Notes: generated from the sequence alone by a model not told the origin. A stretch of DNA of 64,000 nt from a virus (IMGVR_UViG_3300033148_005588:1-64000), one strand, 5' to 3'; numbered from the stretch's first letter, positions 18,677 through 26,572 are shown. Numbers and translations are program-made.

Positions 18677-18901
18677 TTATCCTGGATAATCAAACGCACA
18701 AGCGTGCTCTTCTCCCTCCAAGAGTAACCGCTTGATCAGTGGCTTGTGACTTGGATTGAACTGATCTAAGTCATAGGCCAGACCGCTGCCATCGGTGGCA
18801 ATGTACCTGCCTTCCCGGACAGGCAGGTCCCAAAAGGCAAACCCTACATGAGCACCAAAGCTCAGGCAAAACCTCTTAGGCTTTCTGCGTACTCTTTCCA
18901 T
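18677..18901 (-). CDS. hypothetical protein
   Basis: Co-oriented ORF coupled to its neighbours. Confidence 0.5.
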   Translation of the reverse strand: MERVRRKPKRFCLSFGAHVGFAFWDLPVREGRYIATDGSGLAYDLDQFNPSHKPLIKRLLLEGEEHACAFDYPG

Positions 18902-19295
18902 TTTTCTTGGCTCCTCTCTTTTCCCAAGTCAAGACCTCTTTTGTGATGATGGTACAGTGCTCATCAATCCACATAGAGCCCAGCTTCTTGCGGATCAGCT
19001 CCACACTGGGATTTGATATCTCTATGTAGGTCTGCTCTCCCACATCAGCAATAATGTCTTCTTTTGGAGGCAGCTGAGCCGTTTGCCTCTCTTTCTTTGT
19101 GAAAGCCCTGTTGCCATAGGGAACTGAGTCACCAGCATACATCAGCCGCCCCAGGCGCTCTCTCACCCTGGCAACTTCTTCTTTAGCTTTCTCCAGAAGA
19201 GACTCTTTTTTATCCAGCTCCTTAACAAGCTTAGTCAAGAGCTCCTCTCTCTTAGCCACGGTTCTCCGGGAGACAATTCTTTTCTTCTTTTCCAT
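18876..19295 (-). CDS. hypothetical coiled-coil protein
   Basis: True start at the repeat F RBS (MEKKKR). Confidence 0.7.
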   Translation of the reverse strand: MEKKKRIVSRRTVAKREELLTKLVKELDKKESLLEKAKEEVARVRERLGRLMYAGDSVPYGNRAFTKKERQTAQLPPKEDIIADVGEQTYIEISNPSVELIRKKLGSMWIDEHCTIITKEVLTWEKRGAKKNGKSTQKA

Positions 19296-19396
19296 CTCTC
19301 TATATCCTCCTTGTTTTTGGATTTGGAGCAGCAGAATTAACCACTCCATTGAGCATACCACCCTGCTGTGGTGATATGCTCTAGCAGAGGTTAATC
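19293..19396 (-). repeat. hairpin+RBS cassette, copy F
   Basis: Loop variant CCTGCT; SD spacer identical to copy A. Confidence 0.95.
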
Positions 19397-19399
19397 AGC

Positions 19400-19708
19400 T
19401 TAAACTTCTACATCAAGACCCAAGCGCCTTTTCTGCCCCTCTTCATTTTTCTGGTAGACAGACAAAACAAGATCACCATCACTATTAAAGATAATATTCC
19501 ACCCTCTGCCTTTAATCTCTTTAAGGTATCCGTCCAAAGTTGCGCTCACTCCTTGGTCAGCTAAACTATCCACAACAGCATCCAGATCGCATTTTGGGCC
19601 AGACCACCATGATCTTGTCACACCTCTCTGGCGCTCATAGCTTTCTTTGATGAAACCTATACATTCCAAAGCCTCAGACACTTTTCTATATGGTGTTACT
19701 CTACCCAT
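19400..19708 (-). CDS. hypothetical protein
   Basis: Bounded by repeats G and F. Confidence 0.75.
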   Translation of the reverse strand: MGRVTPYRKVSEALECIGFIKESYERQRGVTRSWWSGPKCDLDAVVDSLADQGVSATLDGYLKEIKGRGWNIIFNSDGDLVLSVYQKNEEGQKRRLGLDVEV

Positions 19709-19813
19709 CTCTTCTTAGTCCTCCTTGTTTTTGGATTAGGAGCAGCAGAATTAACCACTCCATTGAGCACACCACCACCACGCTGTGGTGATATGCTCTA
19801 GCAGAGGTTAATC
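19706..19813 (-). repeat. hairpin+RBS cassette, copy G
   Basis: Near-identical to copies B and C. Confidence 0.95.
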
Positions 19814-20024
19814 AAATCTTGCAGACCTTGTAGGTGAAACGAGTTGGACTAAAGGGACTGTTCATTCTTTTGGTAAGTCTGGCTGCCTCTTTCTCAGCCT
19901 CTTCCTTATCCTCAGTTTCATAGATTTCGTCGTCTCTTTTAAGCCACGCCTCTGCATAGCCCATAAGACCGCCGCTTCTTATAGCTCTTATACGATACAT
20001 AGCATCTCTTCTCCTTTCTATCAT
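19812..20024 (-). CDS. hypothetical protein
   Basis: Stop overlaps repeat G. Confidence 0.6.
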   Translation of the reverse strand: MIERRRDAMYRIRAIRSGGLMGYAEAWLKRDDEIYETEDKEEAEKEAARLTKRMNSPFSPTRFTYKVCKI

Positions 20025-20215
20025 CGGACCTCTACATACTTCATAGTAACCTGCAATAAATGGTCATAGTTGCCACCAAAAGCTTCTTCTGTATACTTCT
20101 TTGCCAATTCTTGGTGCCCTGCTCTTTTAAGAGCCTTTTGCACTTTGGCCAAGATAAAAAAGGCATTACCATCTTCTCCTGTCAGTTTTACTTTCACATT
20201 TGTCAACGGTTCCAT
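20021..20215 (-). CDS. small conserved phage hypothetical protein
   Basis: VKLTGEDGNAFFILAKV..ALKRAG..YDHLL pattern; starts at the RBS-only repeat copy H. Confidence 0.75.
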   Translation of the reverse strand: MEPLTNVKVKLTGEDGNAFFILAKVQKALKRAGHQELAKKYTEEAFGGNYDHLLQVTMKYVEVR

Positions 20216-20246
20216 CTCTTCTTAGTCCTCCTTGTTTTTGGATTTG
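20213..20246 (-). repeat. partial cassette copy H (RBS part only)
   Basis: Matches the RBS portion of the repeat but lacks the hairpin. Confidence 0.9.
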
Positions 20247-20249
20247 GAA

Positions 20250-20925
20250 AGTTTTGAACCCTCCATAGTGTCCCCAAGCAAGCAGCAAGGCTCACTCAGG
20301 AGCACTAGCAAAGCTCAAAACAAGGAGGAGGACATAAGAGATTTTCATCACACCACAGAATGGCCTCACCTACGACCGCTTTCCCCTGGGGCCGTAACTT
20401 GCCCGTTTCCCTCAACTTACTCCCGCAGTTTCAGTGTCTACTCTTAACCAGGTGCGTGGCACCGGCACGAGCAAGTCCTAAGCTGCTTCAGTTACTCACA
20501 GCCCTCAATGTTTCTGTGGTCGGTTTACAGTTTCTCAGGACTTAGCACCAGCCACACCATCAAAAGGATGTGGCTACGGGTTGTCCACCTTCTGCCTGCC
20601 CCGCCTATTACGATAGGAGATATTTGGCTTGACCAGGATACCTGTTTATGGATTGGCTAAAATCCCTCGATATGTTAAAAAGAGAAGAAGTCCTATCTGT
20701 CTTTCCCTCTATCTCTTACTGAATTGCCCCTCTTATCAAGGTCAGGTTTAACGTGGTAGGCTTAACCAGTACTGTCGAGAAATAATCTCTCTACCCTTCC
20801 ATAGTTAAGCACAAGGCCTCAGCACCATCAGCATTTTCTTCCTCCCCAGGCCAAGGGATTGGTTTTTTAAGGATTTAACCTCTTTTTAAGAAGGCCATCC
20901 AGTTTCTCAAAGAGCTATAATAATT
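20250..20925 (-). ncRNA. candidate long structured leader / ncRNA
   Basis: No credible ORF downstream of promoter P4; many complementary segments (see findings). Family not recognised. Confidence 0.4.
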
Positions 20926-20931
20926 ATAGTT

Positions 20932-20953
20932 ATTATAAGGCAAAAGTAAAGAA
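20932..20953 (-). promoter_or_regulatory. phage-type promoter P4 (variant)
   Basis: TTCTT-TAC-TTTTGC-CT-TATAAT, 2 mismatches to consensus, with long A/T tracts upstream. Confidence 0.6.
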
Positions 20954-21206
20954 AAAAAATAACATTTTTAGAAAAAAATATATTAACGATTTCAATAAGT
21001 TATAAAAAAAAATTAGGTTTAAACGCACTAGAACCTGTTTCTTAATAACCTATTGAATTCATTAAGGAAATTAGATTCTGGCATTATGTTAACTCATTGA
21101 TTTTACTAAGGTTTAATAGAAGACTCCAAAAACAAGAGAAGCTAGGTTAAAGTGCTGAGATTACTTGATATTCTTTTGAGGAAACGTAACCTACTGGAAT
21201 TATTAT

Positions 21207-21229
21207 AATAGCCGTGATTCGGCTATTTT
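21207..21229. terminator. hairpin after primase (possible terminator)
   Basis: AATAGCCG-TGATT-CGGCTATT 8-bp stem; the T-tract is short and on the plus strand only. Confidence 0.35.
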
Positions 21230-21301
21230 AGTCCTAACCTCCCCTCCCCTTTCTCTTCTTAAAAAAGCCTAAGAGCATCACGAAACGGGCGTCAGGCACG
21301 C

Positions 21302-22267
21302 TCATTCTACATACCTTACAGCATGCTTTTTCTCCACTAGGAGAAACCTTTGCTTGCCCAAAGAGGCAACATCCTGCTCGGGGGGCAGCTTAACCACAGT
21401 TATGTCTTCAAAGAAGGCACTCATCTCACTAGCAATATCCATAGCCCTAACATAAGCATCACCATCAAGAGCTATGCGGAGGCTGCTCACTCCCTCATAA
21501 GCAGCCAAGTGGCTCAAAAGCCCCACCTGCCACCGACTGATCTTATTTGTAAACAAGGCTAAAGTGCAATCATCATCCAGAGCCCAAACGTCAGTTACTC
21601 CCTCTACCACTCTCACAAACCCATGAGAGCTGTCAAAGAAGTCCCATGCGTAGAGGCATTGCCTGGGACTCTTCTTGCTCTCACTAATGGGGCAATTCAA
21701 GTACCTAAGCTCACTCTGCCCAAGGTAGTCTCTGCCAAGGTAAGTGACTAGCTCTCCTTCATAGTACACAGGCACAATAATGCGGCCTGTGTATTTGCCT
21801 GATGGGCAAAAACAAAGACCATACTTCTCTGCAAGATGCGCAGGGTCAAAGCCCCTAGAAGAGAGATAGGATGAAGCCTTGCGCTTGTGAGCTTTGAAGT
21901 ATGTTTTGCTGTGGAAGGTTTCTGCCTCTTCTGGTAGGGAGACTTTTCTTCTTGGTTTGACTAGGGGCGGGGCGTCTGGCTCTGGGAGCCCCACCTCGTC
22001 ACTGAACTCTTTGGCGATGGCTTTTGCCTCCCGGAAAGAGCAGCCCTCTATGGTCATAATTAAGTCATACAGGGACGGGCGCCGATCAAGATGGGCAAAA
22101 TTACAAAGCCAGCAATTGAGCAAGCCCTTGCTCTTGTGGATGCCTAAGTGCTTTCTTGTCTCTCCGCAAAAAGGGCAGTCGATGTTCACATCGTTTGAGC
22201 CGACATTGTCCCCTGACTCTCTGTAGTCAATACCCCGTGAGTCTAAATACCCAATTACATCAAACAC
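21302..22267 (-). CDS. DNA primase (Zn-finger + Toprim)
   Basis: CPFC..H..NCWLC zinc finger, GRIIVP, VVEGVTD, ALDGDA Toprim motifs. Confidence 0.9.
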   Translation of the reverse strand: MFDVIGYLDSRGIDYRESGDNVGSNDVNIDCPFCGETRKHLGIHKSKGLLNCWLCNFAHLDRRPSLYDLIMTIEGCSFREAKAIAKEFSDEVGLPEPDAPPLVKPRRKVSLPEEAETFHSKTYFKAHKRKASSYLSSRGFDPAHLAEKYGLCFCPSGKYTGRIIVPVYYEGELVTYLGRDYLGQSELRYLNCPISESKKSPRQCLYAWDFFDSSHGFVRVVEGVTDVWALDDDCTLALFTNKISRWQVGLLSHLAAYEGVSSLRIALDGDAYVRAMDIASEMSAFFEDITVVKLPPEQDVASLGKQRFLLVEKKHAVRYVE

Positions 22268-23849
22268 TCTTTTCCTCCTGCCCCCTTAGCACTCTCTTGA
22301 ATTCTTCATAGCTCAGAGTTTTGTAGAAAACATCAACCCCTTTTCTCAGTCTGTGCACTATGGTGTTTTCAATAGTGTTGGCCCCTATAAGGTCATAGTA
22401 AAACACTCTGCGTGCTCGTTGAGTCTTTCTATGAATACGCTTCTCACATTGTAGCCTGTTGATCACTTTGTCTCCATTAGAGAAGAACACACAATAAGTG
22501 GCAGAGACAAGATTTATGCTTGCCCCGCCGCTCAAGGGATGGGCTATGACCACTCGACAGTCTCTCTCTTCTTCAAACCTGCGTATGTGTGCGTGCTTGT
22601 CTTTTGTTCTACCACCTAAAACAGCATACCCAACACCCATCTTCTTCAAAAGAGACTCTATAAACACCTCCTCCATTATGAACTCGTGGAATATGACCAC
22701 CTTGTGTTCAGAGACCAACCCCTCCAGTAAGTCCTCCAGCAAGTCCAGCTTGGGGTTTGACTTAAAGACAAAGTTGCTCTTCTTGATGAAGCCAGAGCAA
22801 ATTTGCCTAAAGACCATGGACTTGTTTGCTGCATCCATTCTCTTGAACCTCTGGCTTGCCACCTTGAGCAAATCCTCTGTGGCCTTGGAGTAAGCTTCCT
22901 CCTGCTCCCGGGACAAGGTATACTTAACCACTCTGTACACTTTGTCAGGCAGATCAGCTACTTCTGACTCAGAGTACCGTATGGCCTTGGAGTAGAGCTT
23001 GGATTGGAGTATGCGCAGACCTCGCTCAGATGGTGCATAGTTAGGAATCCAAATGCCCCTTGACTCCAGTAAACGACCCCTGTCTTCAAAGTAAATGTCT
23101 CTGTATTTGGAGAAACTTGATGCGAAAGTCTTGCCTCTGTCTAATAGGTAGTATTGGGCCCAGAGGTCTAGCAAACTATTGCCAAAGGGGGTGCCTGTCA
23201 GCAGCAGCCTGAAAGGTATTCTGGCTCCCAGAGTGGCTAGGATTCTAAAGTTGCGGCTTGTAGGAGACTTGACTTTGTGGCTTTCGTCAACAACCAGAGC
23301 GTCAAACTTCACCGCCAGCAACCTCTTAACACAAGAGCGGTCAATCTTCGTTCTGTGCCTTACCTTTGCCCCTTTGGGAAGCTTGCGCCTGCGACTCAGA
23401 GCTGCCCTCAGCCCCTCATAAGACATTATAAAGAAGTTGGAGGAGGCCGACATCTCTTCCACCAAGCCTAGCCTGTCCTTGCCCCTAACGCACAATGGGC
23501 GCAGCTGGGAATGGAGCCTAACCTCATCGGCCCAATTTTCAACAGCACTGTTAAGGCACACCACCAAGACCTTAACCTTGCCCTTGCTGGCGTGGAAAAC
23601 AAAATCAATATACCGACAGACATCAATAGCGACTTTTGTTTTGCCGACCCCCATATCGGACGTGTCGGCAAAACCATCAATCTTCACCGGCACCAGTCTT
23701 TTCTCTTTTTTCTCAGGAGAGAGGCAAGCAATAGCGGCCAAAAAGCTTGCCAATTGGTTTGTCCACGGCCTTGTATGAAAGGAAAAGCCTCTAGGAACAA
23801 TCTTTTCTAGTTCTTTCCTAGAGAGAAGTTTTATATCATTCCAGTTCAT
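22260..23849 (-). CDS. SNF2/DEAD-like helicase
   Basis: DMGVGKT, VVDESH, LLTGTP, KLDLL, GASINL..A, EKRIHR motifs. Confidence 0.9.
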   Translation of the reverse strand: MNWNDIKLLSRKELEKIVPRGFSFHTRPWTNQLASFLAAIACLSPEKKEKRLVPVKIDGFADTSDMGVGKTKVAIDVCRYIDFVFHASKGKVKVLVVCLNSAVENWADEVRLHSQLRPLCVRGKDRLGLVEEMSASSNFFIMSYEGLRAALSRRRKLPKGAKVRHRTKIDRSCVKRLLAVKFDALVVDESHKVKSPTSRNFRILATLGARIPFRLLLTGTPFGNSLLDLWAQYYLLDRGKTFASSFSKYRDIYFEDRGRLLESRGIWIPNYAPSERGLRILQSKLYSKAIRYSESEVADLPDKVYRVVKYTLSREQEEAYSKATEDLLKVASQRFKRMDAANKSMVFRQICSGFIKKSNFVFKSNPKLDLLEDLLEGLVSEHKVVIFHEFIMEEVFIESLLKKMGVGYAVLGGRTKDKHAHIRRFEEERDCRVVIAHPLSGGASINLVSATYCVFFSNGDKVINRLQCEKRIHRKTQRARRVFYYDLIGANTIENTIVHRLRKGVDVFYKTLSYEEFKRVLRGQEEKSV

Positions 23850-25233
23850 CAGATTCCTGCGAGGCAGCTTCTCTTAACAACTCTCTGTACTCAAGCCAGT
23901 TATACAAACCCCAATCAAGGACAAATTGCCCTATGCGAAAGTCTCTCTTTATCCAAACTCTGGTTCCAAACGGGCCATCTGTGTTCTTGAACAGAAACAG
24001 CCTGGCAAAGCCCTTTTGTGCCTCTAGGGCGAAATCTCCGTCTTGCCTAGAGATAGTGTTTATACTGATGCCTACAGTGGCTTTTCTCACTTTGTTTATG
24101 TCTTCCCCTACATTACCAGAAGAGAGCCAAAGCTTGTGCTCGGCTTTTCTTTGGGCTTGGGTTGTGGTACAGATACAGACATCATTCTCTTCCTCTTTGG
24201 CGTAGTTCTTTAGCCATGTGTATGTGGCAGTGTGCCTTTCTATTTTTTCTCTGTATCGGCCCTCTGGGGGAGTAAAGTCGTCTGCAGAATCAATCATTAC
24301 AAAGCGGGGGCGTCTGCCATATTTCTTCTCCACCTTGTCCAAGATATTAGGCAACTCATCAACTCTCATACTCTTCTCATCATCACTCAGCAGAATCACA
24401 TTACTCTTCTTGACCATGCTCTTCTCCACCACCTCTGAAGCTCGTCTTGAGTCTTGCCTGATCTCTCGGGAAGTCATCCCGGTGAAGCACATTCTCAAAC
24501 GCAGTCTTACTTGTCGGTTACTGCGCTCCAAGTCTATCAGCAAAGGTGTTTCGCCGAGGCGTGCTGCATGTTTAACAAGATGGCTTGCGCACCAAGACTT
24601 ACCTACACTTGTGTAGCCAAGAACCAAGATAAAAGAACCCACGCACAAGCCTCCACCCAGCGCTCTATCAAGAGCCGGAATATTGAACCTAGAGACAGCA
24701 TCTCGCTCCTGGTCAAGAGGAGACTCCAGCAAGGACTCTATCTCGCTTGTGCCTGTTCTCTCTTCTACCTCTCTCAGGGCAGTGCGCACTTTTACAAGAG
24801 CCTGATTTGGGTCAAAGCTCGGTATCTCTGTCTCCCTCGCAAGAGAGGAAGTCAGATTGTGAACTATTCTTCTCTTAATGAAAGTGTCAATCTGGTCTAA
24901 GAAGAACAACGTATTGGCAGAAGCCTCCCTACCGACAAACTCAAGCTTGCCGAGAAAGGCTATGTACTTCTCTTGATCCTCTTCTCTTATTAGAGGGGAG
25001 CGGCTCGCTATGACCTCTCCTATGGTCTCTATGAGATTGTTTATGCCTGGTGCAGCAAAAAACTTCTTGTAGTGGCTTATGGCTAGTCTTGCTATGGTTT
25101 GGCGTACAGAAGAGGAAAAATACTCAGGTTTTATCTTTCTCCTGACGCACTGTTCAAGAAACTTTGAATCTGTAACCATCAAGCAGATGATTTGAGTTTG
25201 CGCATCTCTCCCTAACTCAAATTTCGCAGACAT
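23836..25233 (-). CDS. DnaB-like replicative helicase
   Basis: LDRALGGGL, GYTSVGKS Walker A, VMIDSAD, TTTQAQR. Confidence 0.85.
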   Translation of the reverse strand: MSAKFELGRDAQTQIICLMVTDSKFLEQCVRRKIKPEYFSSSVRQTIARLAISHYKKFFAAPGINNLIETIGEVIASRSPLIREEDQEKYIAFLGKLEFVGREASANTLFFLDQIDTFIKRRIVHNLTSSLARETEIPSFDPNQALVKVRTALREVEERTGTSEIESLLESPLDQERDAVSRFNIPALDRALGGGLCVGSFILVLGYTSVGKSWCASHLVKHAARLGETPLLIDLERSNRQVRLRLRMCFTGMTSREIRQDSRRASEVVEKSMVKKSNVILLSDDEKSMRVDELPNILDKVEKKYGRRPRFVMIDSADDFTPPEGRYREKIERHTATYTWLKNYAKEEENDVCICTTTQAQRKAEHKLWLSSGNVGEDINKVRKATVGISINTISRQDGDFALEAQKGFARLFLFKNTDGPFGTRVWIKRDFRIGQFVLDWGLYNWLEYRELLREAASQESDELE

Positions 25234-25283
25234 CTCTTCATCTCTCTCCTCTTTCTCTCTCTCTCTCTTTCGAGGGCGCTGTG

Positions 25284-25850
25284 CTAGATATCAACAATCT
25301 CCACTTGGCACCGTTTGGCCTTCTGTCTCTCCCTGAACCTTTGAGGAGATTGTCTCTTGATGATTGCCTTGATCTTTTTCTTTAGGCTTTCTTTGTCCCC
25401 ATCGAAAGACACTCCCCAATACTCTTCGTCGTGTTGATCTTCCCAAGAGGAAATCCATTCTTCAAACACAATACAGTTTCTGGCCGTTGGGGCCAATTGC
25501 CTCAAGTAAGGAGTTATTTTTTTTAAAGGTTTGCCGTATCGCTGGTAGGATTCATATATGGAGCAAAAATAGTCCCTCGCCAATATCTCTAAGGGAATAG
25601 AAGAATCATTCTCTTTCTTCAAAGACTCAAGATACTCCACAATAGAACAAAGCAAGTTGTAGTAGACGCTGCTTCTGGAGGAATCTACAAGCTTTGACGC
25701 AAAGCGTTTGTAACTGACTGGCTTGTGACTAAATTGAGGCTCTACATCATCAGACAGCACTCTCAGCAGCAGCATCACTTTTGGCTTCATGAGACGGTAT
25801 CTGGCTTGGCGCAGGGTGCTGTTTCTTCTTACTCTTTCCGTTCTGTCCAT
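25284..25850 (-). CDS. hypothetical protein upstream of helicase
   Basis: Start reassigned to MDRTERVRR (SD GAGGAGG). Confidence 0.6.
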   Translation of the reverse strand: MDRTERVRRNSTLRQARYRLMKPKVMLLLRVLSDDVEPQFSHKPVSYKRFASKLVDSSRSSVYYNLLCSIVEYLESLKKENDSSIPLEILARDYFCSIYESYQRYGKPLKKITPYLRQLAPTARNCIVFEEWISSWEDQHDEEYWGVSFDGDKESLKKKIKAIIKRQSPQRFRERQKAKRCQVEIVDI

Positions 25851-25869
25851 AGCCTCCTCTCTCTCTATT

Positions 25870-25990
25870 AACAAAACGAATAGGAGAGAGGGGAGGAGAC
25901 AGGAACAAGGAGGAAGTCCTGTCTGTACTATTTTTGTGGTCTTACCACAACTCTCCCCTTTACTCTCCTATTCTCTCTCCCACCGAGCTG
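25870..25990 (-). ncRNA. candidate sRNA: three-way junction with anti-SD loop and U-rich 3' end
   Basis: Promoter P3 immediately upstream. Stems: 25878-88/25963-73 (11 bp), 25889-95/25953-59 (7 bp), 25897-904/25917-24 (8 bp), 25934-40/25944-50 (7 bp). Followed by GUUUUGUU. Confidence 0.6.
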
Positions 25991-25995
25991 CTTAT

Positions 25996-26017
25996 ATTAT
26001 AAGCCAAAACGGTAGAA
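25996..26017 (-). promoter_or_regulatory. phage-type promoter P3
   Basis: TTCTA-CCG-TTTTGG-CT-TATAAT. Confidence 0.75.
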
Positions 26018-26041
26018 AATCAAACAGCCAATCAACTCTTT

Positions 26042-26344
26042 CTAGTGATGGCGAGGATTGTCCATCCTCTTGCTGAGTCCTATAGCTTGAGCTTCAAGAA
26101 GTCTTTGTATTTTTGCGTCAATGTTCAGGATCAATTGATACAACCTATCTTGATCTTTCATGTATTGATCCCTGAGAACAAATCCCTTAGACAGGTCTGT
26201 TATGCGTTGGGCATTGCGACTTGACTCAACCTTTGACCATCCAGAGACAAAAGTCAACAGAGCTATGAGAAAGTAGACTAAATACGTCAGCCACTTAGTC
26301 CCATTGTAAGTGCTGCTGTTTATCCTGTTATCAGGACTCGTCAT
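26042..26344 (-). CDS. single-TM coiled-coil protein (lysis accessory?)
   Basis: One hydrophobic helix then a coiled coil; within the lysis region. Confidence 0.55.
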   Translation of the reverse strand: MTSPDNRINSSTYNGTKWLTYLVYFLIALLTFVSGWSKVESSRNAQRITDLSKGFVLRDQYMKDQDRLYQLILNIDAKIQRLLEAQAIGLSKRMDNPRHH

Positions 26345-26534
26345 CTTTTGAAGGCTCCTTTCTTCTTGCTATCACAGCCAAACCGTCTTCAATTGCTCCG
26401 CACCGATGGGCAATTCTGCCAATAATGTGATCTAGTTCTAGTTTTTTCTTCTCAAGCTGATTGCACAAAGACCTAATGCTGGAGATACCGTTAAGTGTGA
26501 CGTGGCAAAGCTCATCAAATTCTTTCTTATCCAT
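26331..26534 (-). CDS. hypothetical coiled-coil protein
   Basis: Coupled ORF with SD GGAGG. Confidence 0.55.
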   Translation of the reverse strand: MDKKEFDELCHVTLNGISSIRSLCNQLEKKKLELDHIIGRIAHRCGAIEDGLAVIARRKEPSKDDES

Positions 26535-26572
26535 ATCGTCACCCTTCCCTCCTCTCTCTCTCTTTCTTTGTT

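Noticed and set aside
13921-19361. ORF-track N-terminal extensions (to 14919 and 19361) and ORF 15032..15319
   Set aside because: They merely translate the repeat; true starts follow the cassette SD at 14823, 19295 and 15093.
14821-19813. Canonical integron call
   Set aside because: No IntI/tyrosine recombinase in the window; no clear extrahelical base in the L boxes; copy A has GAC/GTC in place of AAC/GTT; wobble pairs favour the coding strand, whereas attC sites recombine via the bottom strand. Kept only as a secondary hypothesis.
14821-20246. CRISPR array interpretation of the repeats
   Set aside because: Units are ~105 bp, the intervening segments are whole genes of 170-1430 bp, and there are no cas genes in the window.
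20360-20545. Plus-strand ORF after the SD-like GGAGGAGG at ~20325
   Set aside because: SD-to-ATG distance is ~28 nt and the peptide is not protein-like; the motif is better explained as an anti-RBS on the minus strand.
25240-25270. (CT)n-like tract before the helicase gene
   Set aside because: One of many purine-rich leaders in this genome; no evidence of phase variation.
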